A stretch of 64,000 nucleotides of DNA. Origin: Lama guanicoe. Its lineage: Eukaryota. Below are positions 48,360 to 62,100 of the stretch, in pieces. The notes beneath the pieces were generated by a model, which saw only the letters and a list, made by a program, of their open reading frames with translations, was not told the DNA's origin and searched no databases. Positions within the stretch are counted from its first letter, which is position 1; the number at the start of each line of letters is the position of its first letter. Location: positions 7,459,352 through 7,523,351 of the forward strand of contig MU053934.1 of NCBI GenBank assembly GCA_013239625.1. The letters run 5' to 3'. A program made the position numbers and the translations under genes.

Positions 48360-51074
48360 TCCGTCCTTCCACAGGGATCCTAAAGGAAGCCATGGGGGAC
48401 AGTCAGCTCACAGACCTCAGGCCCCGGCCTTGCCATGAACAGGGAGCAAGTCTGTTTCTCCCTCCCAATAGGTGACAGATGGAGGGAGTGCGGGTGTGGG
48501 AAAGGCCAACGTGGTGGCCTCGAGTGTTCTCACAGCAGCTCTGGGGGGCCTGGGAGGAGCAGCCACAAGCGCACCGGGGGACGCACCAGCAGGACGCAAG
48601 CAGCTGCTCCACACCACAGCCGGTGCCTCACCCCCAATGCCCCCACGTGCCGGGATGAGGGCCCGCGCTTCGGCCCTGTGCCAGCTCCGTCCCAGGCCAG
48701 CTGCACCCACTGTCTCTTCCTGGGCCTCCGTTCCCTCCTTTGCACAACGGGGTGACAGCTGTTACTTCCCAGGGTCCTTGGAGGAGTAAAGGGCGGCCAG
48801 AGGCTTGGCACACAGTAGGAACTCCATACATGCCGAGTACCTTTCCCTTCCCCAGGGCTCATTTCAAAGGCAGAACTTTGGGAAATCACGCTGATTCCTA
48901 CCATTTATTCTAACTTGAACAGACTGCCGAGTGGTCACTTCACTTGGTAAACAAACGTGTGGGCACCCACTGGATCAGCTGCTAGGGACCCTGGGGAACA
49001 AGAGGCCAGGTTTGGGGCAGGAGGGAAGAACGGTATTGCAGAAGAGCAATGAGCTCACGCAGAGGCATGGAGACATGAACAGGGTTGGGGAGCGTTTCTG
49101 AACTTCTGACCATCTTGGGCTGTCTTGCTGGAGAGGCCCAGGCTGACCTGCACGGGACTGCAGCTGTGGGAGAGAAGAGAGCCCGGGCGGGCCCTCAGTA
49201 GTGGCACCAGCCAGACCACAACACGCAGGGCAAGTCCCCCAGCTGCTGCTCGGCACCAGGGATGTGAAAGCACTTTGTGACATTCAGACATCATCTCCCT
49301 CATGAGATGAATCCAGTCCTCCTTCACTTCCATTCAGCACATCTCCTCCGCTCCCTGCCCTGTGTTAGATGCAAGAAACGCGTCTGTGGCCTTCTCAGGA
49401 GCTTGCCCACCGGCCCCCTAAGAGAGGTCCGAGCTGCTCTGAACCATGTGGTGCCTGTCGGGAGGATGACATGCTTGCCGTGGAGTCAGAGACGGCTTCA
49501 CAGAGGAGACGAAAGCGAGTTGGGTTTTGAAGGATGATGACGAGTTCTCCAGAACATGAGGGGATGGGGAATGGCATGTGAGGCAGAGGCAAGAGCACAC
49601 AGCAAGGCCAGTAACTGGTAAAGGGCCCCCTGGTCACAGGGGGAGCAGAAGGCAGGTGGGGGGACTGGCGAGGGGCCACACCGTGGAAGACAGAGGTTCT
49701 GGCACAGGAGAGACAAAGGTCTGCTTGTCAGCAGACAAGCTTCACGACATGCACGGAATGGAGAGGAGCCACAGGGAGGTCCTGAGTGGGGAATGACATG
49801 GCCAGAGGGCCATGGAGAACAGCGGCTCCAGCTGCCATCGGAAGGTGGATAGGACAGGGAGAGCCTGGAAATAGCTGCTGCGCTAACTCAGTGCGAGGGT
49901 GAAGCCTGGCCCTGGCAGAGGGTGGAGAGGCAGGGCCCCTGGCCTCACGGGGCTCCAGGCTGTGGGCAACCCCAGCTCCCACTCCTCCAGCCATTTATTC
50001 ATTCAGGATCTTCGGTCTCAGGAGTTGGTCAGATGTGGGTTCAAATCTTGACTGCACCACTGACTACAGACAAATCCTTCGCTTCTCAATCTCCATTTTC
50101 TCACCGGCAGGATGGGAGAAGCCGCTACACAGCACAGGACTGTTCTCAGGATCTGATTACTCACGGCACAGTCCGGGCACAGTGCTAGGCACACAGCGAT
50201 GCCCAGGGACCGCTGACAGTTTTATCGGTCTCAGGTTCAGGCCTCCACTAGGGGACAGCATGTATACGTAGCTCATAAAAAAATTCTACGATGAACACTA
50301 ATGTTTGTTCCATTTTACAGATAAGAAACTGAAGCTCTAGGACCTGCAGCAGGGAAGGGAGCCAGGGCCAGGGCCAGCTACCCCTGCACTGTCCACGCTG
50401 GGAGGCCTGAGGCCCTGCAGCTTGGGGGAGCCCCCACCACCAGTGCCTATGGTACTGGGGTCCCCGCAGGGCTGCCTGGCCGGGGCTGGCTGGAGGCCAG
50501 GCCAGGAGAAGGGCGTGAAGCTGGGCTCACCAGCCAAAGGAGTTGTTTATGGGGTGGGAGGCTTGTTAAAGATAATGGGCTGGATTTATTGTCCCCGCCT
50601 CAAGGGCCGCTCTGGACTGCAAAGAGCCAGGACCAGCCTTCTCCGGCAGCACCGTAAATCTTCCTGCTAAATGGAGAGCTGTTTATTCTCCCGCCCACCT
50701 GGTCTGCAGGCAGGGCTGGAGGCAGGGCTTGGGGGAGTGAGAAGGACCTGCCCAGAGCTCCAGCCTGGGTGATCCACCCAGAGGAGCAGCCAGAGGGGCA
50801 GCCTTGAGTCTGGAGGAGCGGGGGGCGGGGGGGCTGGTAATTCTTGGGCAAGGCCACTGTTTCGCCTCATTTAAAAGAGAAAGTTCCCATCCATACACAC
50901 CCACAGGGAACCCAGCACTCACAGCTGATGATGGAAAGCCCTGAAACAGGGCAGAGAATGTCCCTCACCCTGCAGGAGCCAGGATGGGGCCCCCTGGGTC
51001 AAGGCCTGGCCAGACCCCACAGTGTGGGAATCACATCCTGAGGAAAGGTTGAAGGGGTTAAATGAGGTAATACG

Positions 51075-51203
51075 AGGGTGGCCATATGTCTTCGCTTGCT
51101 TGGGAAAGTCTCAGTTTATACCTGCTGCCCTGTCACAATTAATAGAGCCTCCTTTCACTCTCTAAAGTGTACTGGTTTGAACATTAACTTATATGGCTCC
51201 CAG
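51075..51203 (-). mobile_element. hAT-Blackjack MITE (MER94-like)
   Basis: agggtggccata...attaatagagcctcctttcactctctaaagtgtactggtttg...ttatatggctccc, with degenerate terminal inverted repeats. Family is from recall. Confidence 0.6.
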
Positions 51204-51389
51204 TTAAGACAGGCAAAGTGCTCATAATGTGCCTGGTAGAGTTCTTAGCTATTCAATTGTTATTAGAATGCTAATGCCTGACTGCTGGGCGGGTCCACAA
51301 ACCCATATGTAAAGTGGCACAGAACCCACATGCGTACGTCGTGCTAAAGCCAGCTCCCTGGCGCTGGCTCTGTTCTCCAGTGACGTAAG

Positions 51390-51490
51390 GAGTGACCACA
51401 GAGGGGACACTGGGCCACGGGCATGTGGGTCTCTCCTTACTATTTCTGCATTTCCTATGACTCTATAATTATTTCAAAATAAAAAAGTTG
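51390..51490 (+). mobile_element. Ancient L1M 3' end fragment
   Basis: ctctccttactatttctgcatttcctatgactctataattatttcaaaataaaaaagtt is a typical old L1 3' terminus. Confidence 0.6.
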
Positions 51491-52224
51491 TAAAAACCCT
51501 ATTATTTTGCCTCTAGTTATACTTGGGTACAAACTTACAGATAAAATGAACAGATCCTAAAAATAATTCATGCAGGGGTCCAATAAACAAAAGGATTAAC
51601 TCTAATTGGCCAGAGGTCACGGGCACCGTCATTCAGGGCACACCTGTAAACTCGCAAACGAGCGGGAAGGGCGGGAGCGAACAGCTGTGGCAGAGCCCAA
51701 GCCCTTCCCTGACCGGCCGCGAGCCCTCGGCCTCCTGCCCACATGTACGTGTGGGACCCTGGTGGCTGGTCTTCATAGCAAGAGCCACTAGGGATGGTGG
51801 CACGGGAACGGCGGCCAGCAGCAACATCAGGAGTTACTTCCAGCCCGGAAGCCTGGGGCGTTCAGCACGGGGACGGACATCAAGAAGCGCTCTCTGGCCC
51901 TAAGAGGAGCGGCTGTCTTGGTCACGAGTTCATAACAAATTGCGTGGACTGCAGGGAAAAGAGGCCAGGCCAACTCAGGCTGTTCCCCTGAAGAGAGCAG
52001 GGGAGGGGGCGAGCCACTTCAGAAACTTTCCACCACAAAATGTTTTTTGAACTCTTGATGCTTAAAGAGGCACCTGTGACACCCGGAGAGCTGGCGCCCG
52101 TGGAGCTGCCGGTGGGGCCAGCTGAGGCGGCATCTCTGCTTCTCCCGGGTCGCACCCCACCTGGGCCGGCGGCACAGAGCGGGCCCAGGCCGCGTCGGAG
52201 CCCTCCACACAGTCTGCCCAGGCT

Positions 52225-52400
52225 CAGAGGCCAGACTGCCAGAGCCTGGGTCCTGCTGTGCTACTGGCTGTGCAACCTTGGGCAAGTTTCCTAACCAATC
52301 TGTGCCTCGGCTTCTTAATCTGTAAATGAGGTCACAGTAAGGATGCAACGTGTCAGGCCATGAAGAGCGCTCCTAACAGTGCCTGGTACGCGGTGAGCAC
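52225..52400 (+). mobile_element. MIR SINE
   Basis: ccagactgcc...ctgtgcaaccttgggcaagtttcctaaccaatctgtgcctcggcttcttaatctgtaaatg...aacagtgcctggtacgcggtgagcac. Confidence 0.75.
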
Positions 52401-53699
52401 ACGGGAGACGCGGCTCTCCTATCCCTGTTATCATTTTATGCAAAAGAAGCCTCGCTTCCTATTCCTGGCTCCCACCTTTGATTCTGGCTGGAGCCAGTGT
52501 TACCCTTGATGCCAAATCTTGAGTTTTGTGAAAATGCGGCCCTGAGTGCCACAAGGAATGCTGGTGGTGGGAGGGCAATATGGTTCCCTACACATGTTTA
52601 TGAGCATTTAAACAGGCTCAGAAGGACATTAAATGTTAAATGCGCTCAGGTAAACCCATGACATCCCTACTGGGAGAGTGCCTGCCTGGCATCCACTGCG
52701 CATGGGCCTCGGCCTTGCAGGAATGCAGATGCTCAGCCTCCCCACGGCCTGTTCCAGCGCATCCAAGATGGGAAAGGAGGCAGCACAGCAGGGCTTTGGT
52801 ATACGGTCAACCGGGCAGTGACCTCACAGAGCTACCAGGCCCCTACCACTTGGATAGACCACACCGTCCATTAGCACGTGCTGCCAGGAATCTGCCTGCA
52901 CAGCCTGAGGATGTGGAGTGCCTGGGCCCAGGGAGTTGCCAAGACCTGAGCATCACTCTCCTTCCTCCCTCAGTCCTTTGCAAAGGGCCCGCGTCAGCAT
53001 AGGACACAGAGATGTGGGGAACTCAGTCCCTGCCCTCTGGGAGCTCCCAAGCTGCAGGATGCAGGCAGCAGGTGCGGGGTGGAGACAGAAGCAGCTCTCT
53101 GAGAACAGAGGAGGCAGAGCCTGCCAGTCTTCCCTGGGGCCGGCTCAGGACAGGCGCTGCAGTGAGTGAGCGCTCCTGGGGAGGGCTGAGCGGGGCTGGG
53201 CTCCCCAGCATGAGGAGCAGCCTGAGCTGACAGAGGCCTGACGTCTTCCTCATGTCTGGTTCCCGACTGTGGTGCCCAGCAGGGGCCTGGCACAGTGCTC
53301 AAACCTTCAGAGAGGATAGGGCTGGGCATCCCTAGAGGGCAGGGGCTGGTCTGATCTCTGGAGCCCTAGGTGGGACAAGTGGTGGGCGCTGGCGAGCTGG
53401 TGCTGGATGCACGGGTGAGAGTGAGGCCAGTCGTCTCCACGGGCCTGTGCTGCCCTGAACACGCATAAATCCAAGTGCAAGGGCCACCAGCTCACAACTT
53501 GAAAGTGAGTTCCTCTAGGATGAGGCTTGACTCCTGATCTCCTCTCCAACCTCAGCTGAAGCTCAGGCCTCAGCCAGTACCCAGCACCCAGCATGCATCA
53601 GCAGAGCCAGGCTCAGTGTACACCCAGGCCCCGACTCTGCTGCTGGCTTGCTGTGGGGCTTGGGTGGGCCTGTTTCCTCATCTGTGATAAAAAACAATA

Positions 53700-53875
53700 A
53701 TAAAGAGCCCACATTTATTGAAATGATCTTTTCAACTCTACTAAGTAGGTACTATGACTATCTCCATTTTACAGACCAGGCACAGAGAGGTTAAGTGACT
53801 TGCTCAAGGTCACACAGATGATGAGTGCTGGGATCCCAGCCTAGGCTGCCAGGCCCCAGAACCTGTGCTCTAATC
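53700..53875 (-). mobile_element. MIR SINE fragment
   Basis: ctccattttacagaccaggcacagagaggttaagtgacttgctcaaggtcacacag. Confidence 0.75.
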
Positions 53876-55739
53876 ATGATGTAACAGAGACGACAGGTGT
53901 CCTCTGGGCCAGAGGGCCCGTGGGGCTGGGCTCTGACACGTGCAGCCCCTCAAGCCCCCTGCCAGCCTGTCCTGCTTCCTACACCTGCAGGGACGACGCG
54001 ACATTCCTTCTCAGTCTGGTGCTTTCCAGCACTACCAGAGATCAGACCACAGCGGGCGTCCGGGGAGGCTTCAGAGCACAGCTGTACAGGGCGGCTTCCT
54101 GGGGTGGGGCATGGTGGGGAGGGGAGACGGCTCAAACACCTCAAATCCATTGCCGTCGCAACAGCGGTGGCCCAGGATCAATGCCAGTGAGAGGAGCCAT
54201 CCTTCCCCAGGCTGACCAGGAGACTGTTCGCATTAATCTCCTCTGTTCAGAGGGGACACTAGGGCCCCAGAAGCCCCGGGTCCCTCCCTCCAGAGTGTTT
54301 TTCTCAGCTGGTTATTATAAGGCAACTCCTAAGACCCTTACTGAGCGTTTAATCCCTTTTCTAGGTGGAAGGCTACACAGGAGACCACGCCTGCCTGTGC
54401 TCGCGCAGGGATCCAGGGCCCAGCCAGGCGCCTGGCACGCGGATGAATGAGAAGCTGATCTGCAGTCACACAGCTCGGCAGACCTTCCAGGGCCCCTTTC
54501 CCTCCCTAAATCAATTTTGCTCAGACTGAAAGAAAGAATTCTTCACTCGAAGCAAAAAGTTCATCCAGGAGTCACCTTCTTGGCGCACAGATATGACATA
54601 AGTTTAAGAAAAAAGAGCAGGCGCAGAAGAGGGAGAGCGCGTGAAGGTGCTAGCTGCCCGGCGGCCCGTCCACCCGGTACTGGAGAGGCCCCCTGGGGCA
54701 CGTGACCACGGTGGGGCAGCAGTGGCCGGGACTGGTTTGGACTGGCTGCCCGCAGGCTGTGGGGTGGAAGTGGGACTTATCACTTGCTGGGCCAGAGGCT
54801 TAGTGCGAGGTTAAGCGTGGGCTATGATGGTGCCAGAACCAGCTCCCGGAAGTGCTGAGCAGAGAAAGACGGGCCACGGAGCTCAGCAGCTCTGGGTCCC
54901 CTCCCACCCAGAGCTGGGACAGAGGAACAGCCTGTGTCCCTAAATGAAGCATGAGTTCTAAAGACCTGAAGAAGCTACCTGTATGAGTTGCCACCCCTAG
55001 GGCAGGCCCTGCACTTGGCCCCTTCAAGCATTTCCCCCAACGGAGCTCCGACTCGCCTAGGAGGGATTACTGGTCCCAATTTATAGACAGGAGGCCCAGA
55101 GCGGTAGGAGTAACTGCAGAGGCCACATGACCAGTGGAGATGGAGAAAGGCTGAGGCCCTAAAGCTCCCAACTCCAGCCTGGCAGATGTACATGCCTTGG
55201 GCCAGGGTTTACACTGGCGCCTAGGAGGCGGGGCCACTCGGAGGGGCTGAGCCCCATGGCCTTGCTTCTCGGCCAGGAGCCTGGTCTGACCCTGGCTGAC
55301 CTTGCTCAGGCGTCTGGCCCCCTCTAATCAAAACCAGCCCTCATGCTTTCCCCCCACTCAGGGGAGGCTCCAAAGGGCTGACAGGCATTAGGAAGAGTCA
55401 GATGACATGAGGAATCTGATTTGAGGATCAGAGGCCACTAAGGTACAAAACAAGCTGGGTCTCAGCACCCTGGACACACTCTGATTTTAAGCTCTAAGAG
55501 TCGTCACCATAGTTGACACTCAATCATGGTGCACAGTTGTCATGACAACCGACAGAGGCTCAGGAGGGAGCAGCTTGCCCAGTCACCCAGGCCTGTGCCC
55601 ACACACAGGTATTAACGAGTGGTCGGCCCACGTCCTGAGCAGTGCCCTCTTCAGCCTTCCACACAGCCTTCAGGAACCCTGGAAATGCTGTCACTTGTCC
55701 TTTGGCAGGTATCCAAGAAGTTGTCTGCTGGTTTTCAGA

Positions 55740-55794
55740 TTTTTTTTAAACATTTTTTTTATTGAGTTATAGTCCTTTTACAATGTTGTGTCAA
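55740..55794 (-). mobile_element. Extremely 5'-truncated L1 3' tail with target-site duplication
   Basis: ttttttttaaacattttttttattgagttatagtccttttacaatgttgtgtcaa is the reverse complement of an L1 3' terminus plus poly(A). It is flanked by ctggttttcaga (55728-55739) and ctgtttttcaga (55795-55806). Confidence 0.7.
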
Positions 55795-58572
55795 CTGTTT
55801 TTCAGACTGATTCATTTTCCAGATTAAAAAATTGAGAGATTGACACACAATTCCTAATGAGGGAAGGGACTTCTTAGCCAATATACTGGTTAATGTAGAC
55901 TGAGGTTGAGTTCCCCTCCAATCTGCATTCTGGTTAAACCTAGATTCCTGGCTTCACTTAAAAATCTGGATCTGGCCACCCAGGGCCTTGGGGTGGGGTA
56001 GGGCACGTGGACTCCAGGCTCCACGGCACGACTCATCTGAGGCCCAGCCGCTGCAGCATCCAAGTTCCCCTAGAAGTCCTCCAGCCCCCTCTCCAACATC
56101 AGTTCCCCACCTCTGCTTAGCCAGCTTCCCGTGGCTGCCCCTCTTGAGATCCAAACCCCTGCCTGCATTCCACCAGCCTCTCAGGGTCTGGGCCCTGCCG
56201 AGCTCCCCTCACCCTGGGCTCACTGGGCCTACCATCCCGTCCTGCATTCTGCGTTTCCTGGGAGTCTGGTCCCTTCCCACCTCAGGGCCTTTACACGCAC
56301 CCTGCCTGCCCCCGCCCCCGCCTGCCCCGGATTGCTCCGTAGCCACTCTAGCTCATTGCTTGGTTTCAGCTCATCTGTGGCCTCTTCCAAAGTGACTTGG
56401 GTGACTCCTATTTCTGTCTATTCCTCCACCCAATTTCTCTCCTTGCCAGCCTCATCCCGTCATAGCTAGTGGCCTGGGCTGGAAGCCTGACAGTTACTTC
56501 CCTACGTATGGCCTGGGGCAGATCCAGTCACTGGACTGGGCTTCAGCCTCCTCACCTGTCACCAGGTCTTGCCAGGCTGATGTGACGGCCAGCTCAGAGT
56601 AAGCGCATGACCCCAGAGTAGCCACTGTCACTGCCCCCTACAACACTGCATCCCTCTGACCCCCCAGCTCTGGTTTACATTGAGGCTTGCTTTGTAACAT
56701 CCTTACTGCAACGAATGCTTACAGCCAAACCAGGACCCGGTGGCAAACAGGACACAGCCGCTGTCTGGCATCACGCTGTTCTTCCCTTCCTGCCCACCCT
56801 CCTTTCACCCAGGGGCACAGCTTCACCTGAAGCCCTGCTCGTGGGAAAGCTGTTCTTCAAAGGCACAGAGCACACACAACCTGGCTGAAAGGGGCTCAGG
56901 CCGCCCTGGCCTCGGGGACTTTACAGCTTGCTCAGAGCAGTGGTCGCCCCGTAAACCCCTCTCCTTAATGAAAGCAGGACCCCCTTCCTGCCACCAACAC
57001 TCACTCTCTTCCCCATAAATCTGCTTTTTATAAAATCCGACTTGGGCCCAGGTTCCTCCTCATGGGCAGCTTGACCCCACAGCTGGGAGGTCTCACAGGG
57101 CGCCGTGGGAGTCTGGAGAGCACGCCTGGAGCGGGTGCCCAGGGGCGGCGGAGCTCGGCCTTTCTGTCCTTCTGGAGACACGGCAGGGCTGGGGACTATT
57201 GGGCCGCCTTGTCTTTGAGGAAACTGCCTAAGCAAACACTAAGAACTCTGAGGAGTCTAGTAAAGTAGTTCTGCTTCATTACCTTGGGTTCTATATTTAA
57301 AAAAATTTTTTTCTTTTCTATCTCAGGAACTGTTTTCAAATAAAAATCACGCCCAGGGCCGCCAAATCTCACTCATAATGTACACTGGGGACTTTATCCC
57401 CAAGACCTGGTCCCACCTGCCAAAGACCCTACTGGGTCCCGTTTTGCAGATGAGGAAGTTGAGGTTCAGCGCAGCAGAGCTGCCTGAGGAAGGGCTCCCA
57501 GCCAGGGAGCAGCAGAGCTGGACTGACACCTGGTCCGGCTGACCAGGAGCCCAGTGCCTGCCCTTCCTATTCCCCGCCTTTCAGTGTGAACCACTCTCCA
57601 GCCTCCTGCTGGTGGCACAGACCAGAGGCGAGGCCCTTACAGGTGGCTTCCGGCACCTCCTCCTGGTCTAGAGTCAGCCATGGGGGAGGGGCTCAGGCTG
57701 GGCCTGGTCCTTCTTCCACATCTGCTCCCTTGAATGCGCAGACCGGCCAGGCCCCAGGAGCTCGGCGCCACTCTGCTGCAGCACACAGCCTGCCCCAAGA
57801 TTCTGGACCTTGCCATGATCTTAGGCAGTATGTGCCTCCACACCTTCCAAAATGCCATTCCCTCTGCCTGGAAGCCCCTCGCCTCTAAACACTTGGGTCC
57901 TGGCTTCTGGCCAGCTGTCCCATTTCACAGCCCTGCTGCTTTGAGCCCTGACTGACCACCACAGCCCTGATACCACCTGCTGGGCTCAGCTGGAGGCCAG
58001 GCTCTGTCCCAGCCTGGGGCTGTTTCCAAGGTTGCCTTAGTACTCCAGCTGGCTGGAGTGTTCCCTGCCCCTCTGCACCGCCCCAGGCCGGCCCGCCATC
58101 CCACCTGGCCCACAGAGGGCAGCAGGCTCCTGACCACAAGGACCCTCTGCTGGCTGGTGACCCAGTGGACATGCAATAGACTGAGAAACCAGCACTTGGC
58201 CTGATCAGGCCTCAAGTCCCCCTGGGGGAAGGAGACCATAGAGAATGGAGCCCTGCTCTTTCTGGCCACAGCCAGCCCCCAGCCCAGAAAGGAAAACAGC
58301 TTCTCTGGTCACATCTGCCCATTTGTGGCCCCACCGCGCCTCCACATAAAAACACCAGAAACACCAACAGCCCTGGTGTAGGGGGCGGAGGGAGGGAGCT
58401 GGGAGGCGTTCCATGCAGCAACACCAATAGCACAAAACAGCCTTTCAAACCACCACCAAAGTTCCCTGCCTTGACCATGAGGCCCCCAGAATCAAGGTTC
58501 TGGAGAGGCGCTTTCAGGGGCCACCCGTTTTCTGGGGGTGGGGTGTGACTGGTGAGCACAGGCAGTACTCAC

Positions 58573-58707
58573 CGTTGGAGCGGTGGATGCAGGTGTGCTG
58601 GTTGTCGCTGAGGAAAAAGCCGCTGTGGCACTGACACTCGTAGCTGCCCATGGCATTGACACAGATCTGCTGGCAGCCACCATTGTTGTCCTGACACTCG
58701 TCCACAT
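58573..58707 (-). CDS. SCUBE1: SCUBE1 exon 4 (EGF-like 3, calcium-binding type), 135 nt
   Basis: Acceptor ctcttctcacag|ATGTGGACGAG and donor TCCAACG|gtgagt. Encodes (D)[44 protein letters not shown]. Phase 1-1. Confidence 0.97.
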
Positions 58708-58959
58708 CTGTGAGAAGAGGAAGAGAAGGGGAAAGGAGGAGTCACACCTGGAGCTGGAAGGGGGCGTGGTCCGCTCCCCCAGCTGCGAGGAGGGGGCTCG
58801 GCAGGGCAGGCTGCAGGGCAGTCCTCCCGAGGTCCTCCCTGGGGTGCTCCGCCACGGCACCTCCCGGGGCCATGCTCAGGGGTGGGCGGTACCGCGGCTG
58901 GAGTCTAGCTAGCCCTGGCCTTCCCGTGTGCCTGGCATGCCTCCAAGCATCTTACCAGC

Positions 58960-59125
58960 TTTAACTCCTCAATTCTCCCAGCAACCCTCCCTATATGGTA
59001 GACCTAGGTATTGGTCCATTTTATAGATGAGTAAACTGAGGTACAGAGAGGCAAAGTCATCTGTCCAAGGTCCTACAGAGGCAGGATTCAAACCTGGTGG
59101 TCTCCCTCCCAAATCTGGGCTTTCT
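58960..59125 (-). mobile_element. MIR SINE fragment
   Basis: ccattttatagatgagtaaactgaggtacagagaggcaaagtcatctgtccaaggtc...gcaggattcaaacctgg. Confidence 0.75.
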
Positions 59126-62100
59126 CTGACGTCTCGTAACTCTCCCTCTCTAGGAAGACTGTGCAACCTGTACCGTTCACCCCCAACACTCTGAGTCTTG
59201 CCAACTAAACTTCACCATTCCCTTTCTTCAATCACACCTCAGATTTATAACCAGCAGCACAAGAACTCGCAGTTAAGGAGAGGCTGAAAGCCAGGGCAGC
59301 CTGCTTTCTGCCTTGCAAATTGATTTCAAAAGCCCAGAGAAGGGGAGATTTTTAAAAGGCCCTGACCTCTGGCTGCCAAGCCTGCTGCAGAAGGCTGCCA
59401 AGCGGTCTTTCCCACTCTCCAGGAGAGACAGACCTCAGGGCCGACACTCATTTTTGACCAGAGGCTGCTGGCACAAAGGGTGCTATTGGCTGAAAAGAGT
59501 CTTTATGGAGTTCTGGTCTTGAACAGAACAGCATGTTTCAATTACCGAAGTCATAACCCCCTACACTGTCAGTTTGTTTAATGAAAGAAGGGCTTCTTAA
59601 ACCTTAATGTGCCATGTCTGTATTGTCATTTTAATAGGCAAATATATGAAACCACAAAGGCAACGTGAGCTACTGGCTGCTTTGAGCCAATCCCGCGACC
59701 CCCAACATACACACACAAGCGCACGCACACGCACTCACTTTGGCATTGAGCTTTTTTCTTTTTAACACAGCCATCTTTTAGTTCTGGAATCAAAAGGGTG
59801 TGAGAAGATAAAGAATCAGGCAGTGACCTGCGCTGAGCCGGGAGAGGACTCAGCTCTGGCACTACGTCGGCTGGGTCCTACTGAGGCCTAGGGACCACAG
59901 ACACTCCACTACCCACGAGACCACGCAGTTGCCTTTGAGGCCGACGGTGAGGCAGGTCATTACTCTCCCACAAGCTCAAATGTCAGCTGTGTGGCAGCCA
60001 GGAGGGAGGCAGAGCTCTGAACTCTAAAAGCCACCAACAGTTAGAGCTAAAACGGTAAAGGTGGCCCTTGCTGAGAGGAGATTGGGAGGGGGTCCTGAGG
60101 GAAGCTGGGAAGGCTACAGAAGATTTTTCTGAAAACCTTTCTCCACTCAACAAATCTCACTGATGGTTCCCTAAAGGCCCAGAGCCAGGGTTGCCTTTGT
60201 TGGGGACCCTCCCCTCCATACTCCAGCAGTGTCTGCTGCTGGGGGTCTGCCCCTGCTGGCACTACACCACGAACAGCTCTAAGCCAGGCACTGTGTCCTG
60301 TTCACCCCGTTAATAACAACAGGAAGCTGACCCTCGATGAGTGATCGCTAGGTCAGGCATGGGGCCTCCTCCATCGATTCACTCAATTCCAGCAGCAACC
60401 TTGAATGATAGGTTGTGTTACCAACTCCATCTTACAGATGAACTTGGACAAAGTCACACAGCTGCTCGGAGCAAGGGCAGGACTCAAATCTGCTGTCCAG
60501 CCTCCGGGTACATGCCCTTGGTCCCCTGCTAAGCTGGCCACACCAGCAAGCACGTTCAGACTGAGGTGATGAAGAACCAGCTATTCCTGAAATGAGCTTG
60601 AGCTGGGTGTCACCTTGGATGTGTCTGTGACTCTAGATGCAAACACAAAGCCAGCTCTGCCTGCCATGAGCAACATAAGGAAATCCCAGCATACCTGGGT
60701 TAGTCCTGTCTGTCCCAGCGACACCCTGGGGAGACACTTATGCCCACGGGCCGGCACACACATAACAATGAGATTTGAACTTGGGGAGCTGCTCCAGGGA
60801 CTCAATTCAGACCCCTTTCAAGTCCTGTTCTTTGCTGTTCTTCCCATGGGTCTCAGATTCCTTGCTCTGTACCCCAGCTTCTCTGGCCCTAGTAAAGGTT
60901 CAATTGGTAACACAAACAAAACAGATACAGGCCCTGAATAGTGTGGAAATACTACTTTGACCCCACGAGCTTCCTGGTGCCACCCCTCTGGTCTGGCCCA
61001 CCTCCTCACCTCACTGGAAGCCAGGAACCAAAGGACAATGACGTAACACATCTATGGAGCCTCAGTGAGCTGGCAGAGTGGCTGGGCCTTGGGACAGAGC
61101 TGTTTACACTAGCAGGGAACAATGACTCTCCAACGCTGATGAATAATTTGAAACAAATGCGAAGTCATGTAAACATTTCTTCTCCCCAATCCCAAATGAT
61201 AAAGCCCCAAGATTAAGCAGCAGGGAAGAGGGGTTGCCTCCTCTGCACCCTTTTTCCACTGTGGTCCAAACACAGGCCTCCTGCAAGTTGGACAGGAAAT
61301 CATAGTCTCAGAATCCCTTTGGGTAGTCCGCGGTCACTACCAACTTCTCTAGGGCTGGATTAAGGGCCAAGGCCCACCTCATACCCCTCCCAACCCTGTG
61401 TCCCCAGCCCTCCAAACAGGACCCTCAGTGAGGTCTGAATAGTGACCAAATGGGGCGGCTGAGTCCTCGAGATGGCTGCGCACTGGCCTAGGACAGTCTG
61501 GGTCCACCTGGAGGCCTTCACCAGGCCCAGCACAGCACGATGGGAAATACTCAGTTCCTTGGCCCTCCGGACGGGGGCAAGCCCAGCGCACACTGCTCCT
61601 TGGCGCCAAGGACTTGGCACAATGCGCTGTGCTCCATGGCAAGGAGAGAGCCTACACCTGGGAGTCAGACACCTTGAGTTCTGTCCCTGGCCTGTGGCCT
61701 GTGGGAGGTGCACGGTCCCATCCACAAGAGGAACTGCTGACTGTGCTCCAGGAAGCCCTCCTGGAATGCTTGAGACACACACCTCCTCCTTCTCTCCCGT
61801 GGAACTGACTGTTCCATGCACAGACGAGCCCCTATGTGGGGACTGCCCCCCAACCCAGCATCTCCATGGCCATCAAGGATGACTGGGCAGGGCTGGCAGC
61901 CTTATTTTCATGAATAGTAGCCCTCACTACTGGCCAGGCCCCGGCTGGGGGGCCAAGGCTTTATCTTAACATGTCTGCACAGCAGCTCCACACCAGGAGC
62001 ACTGTTCGCATCATCCCAGTTCTCAAATGAGAAACTGACAGGGGAAGAGACTTGCCCAGTGCTATAAGATAGGTGAAAGCAGGTTCTGAAGGCCAGCGAG

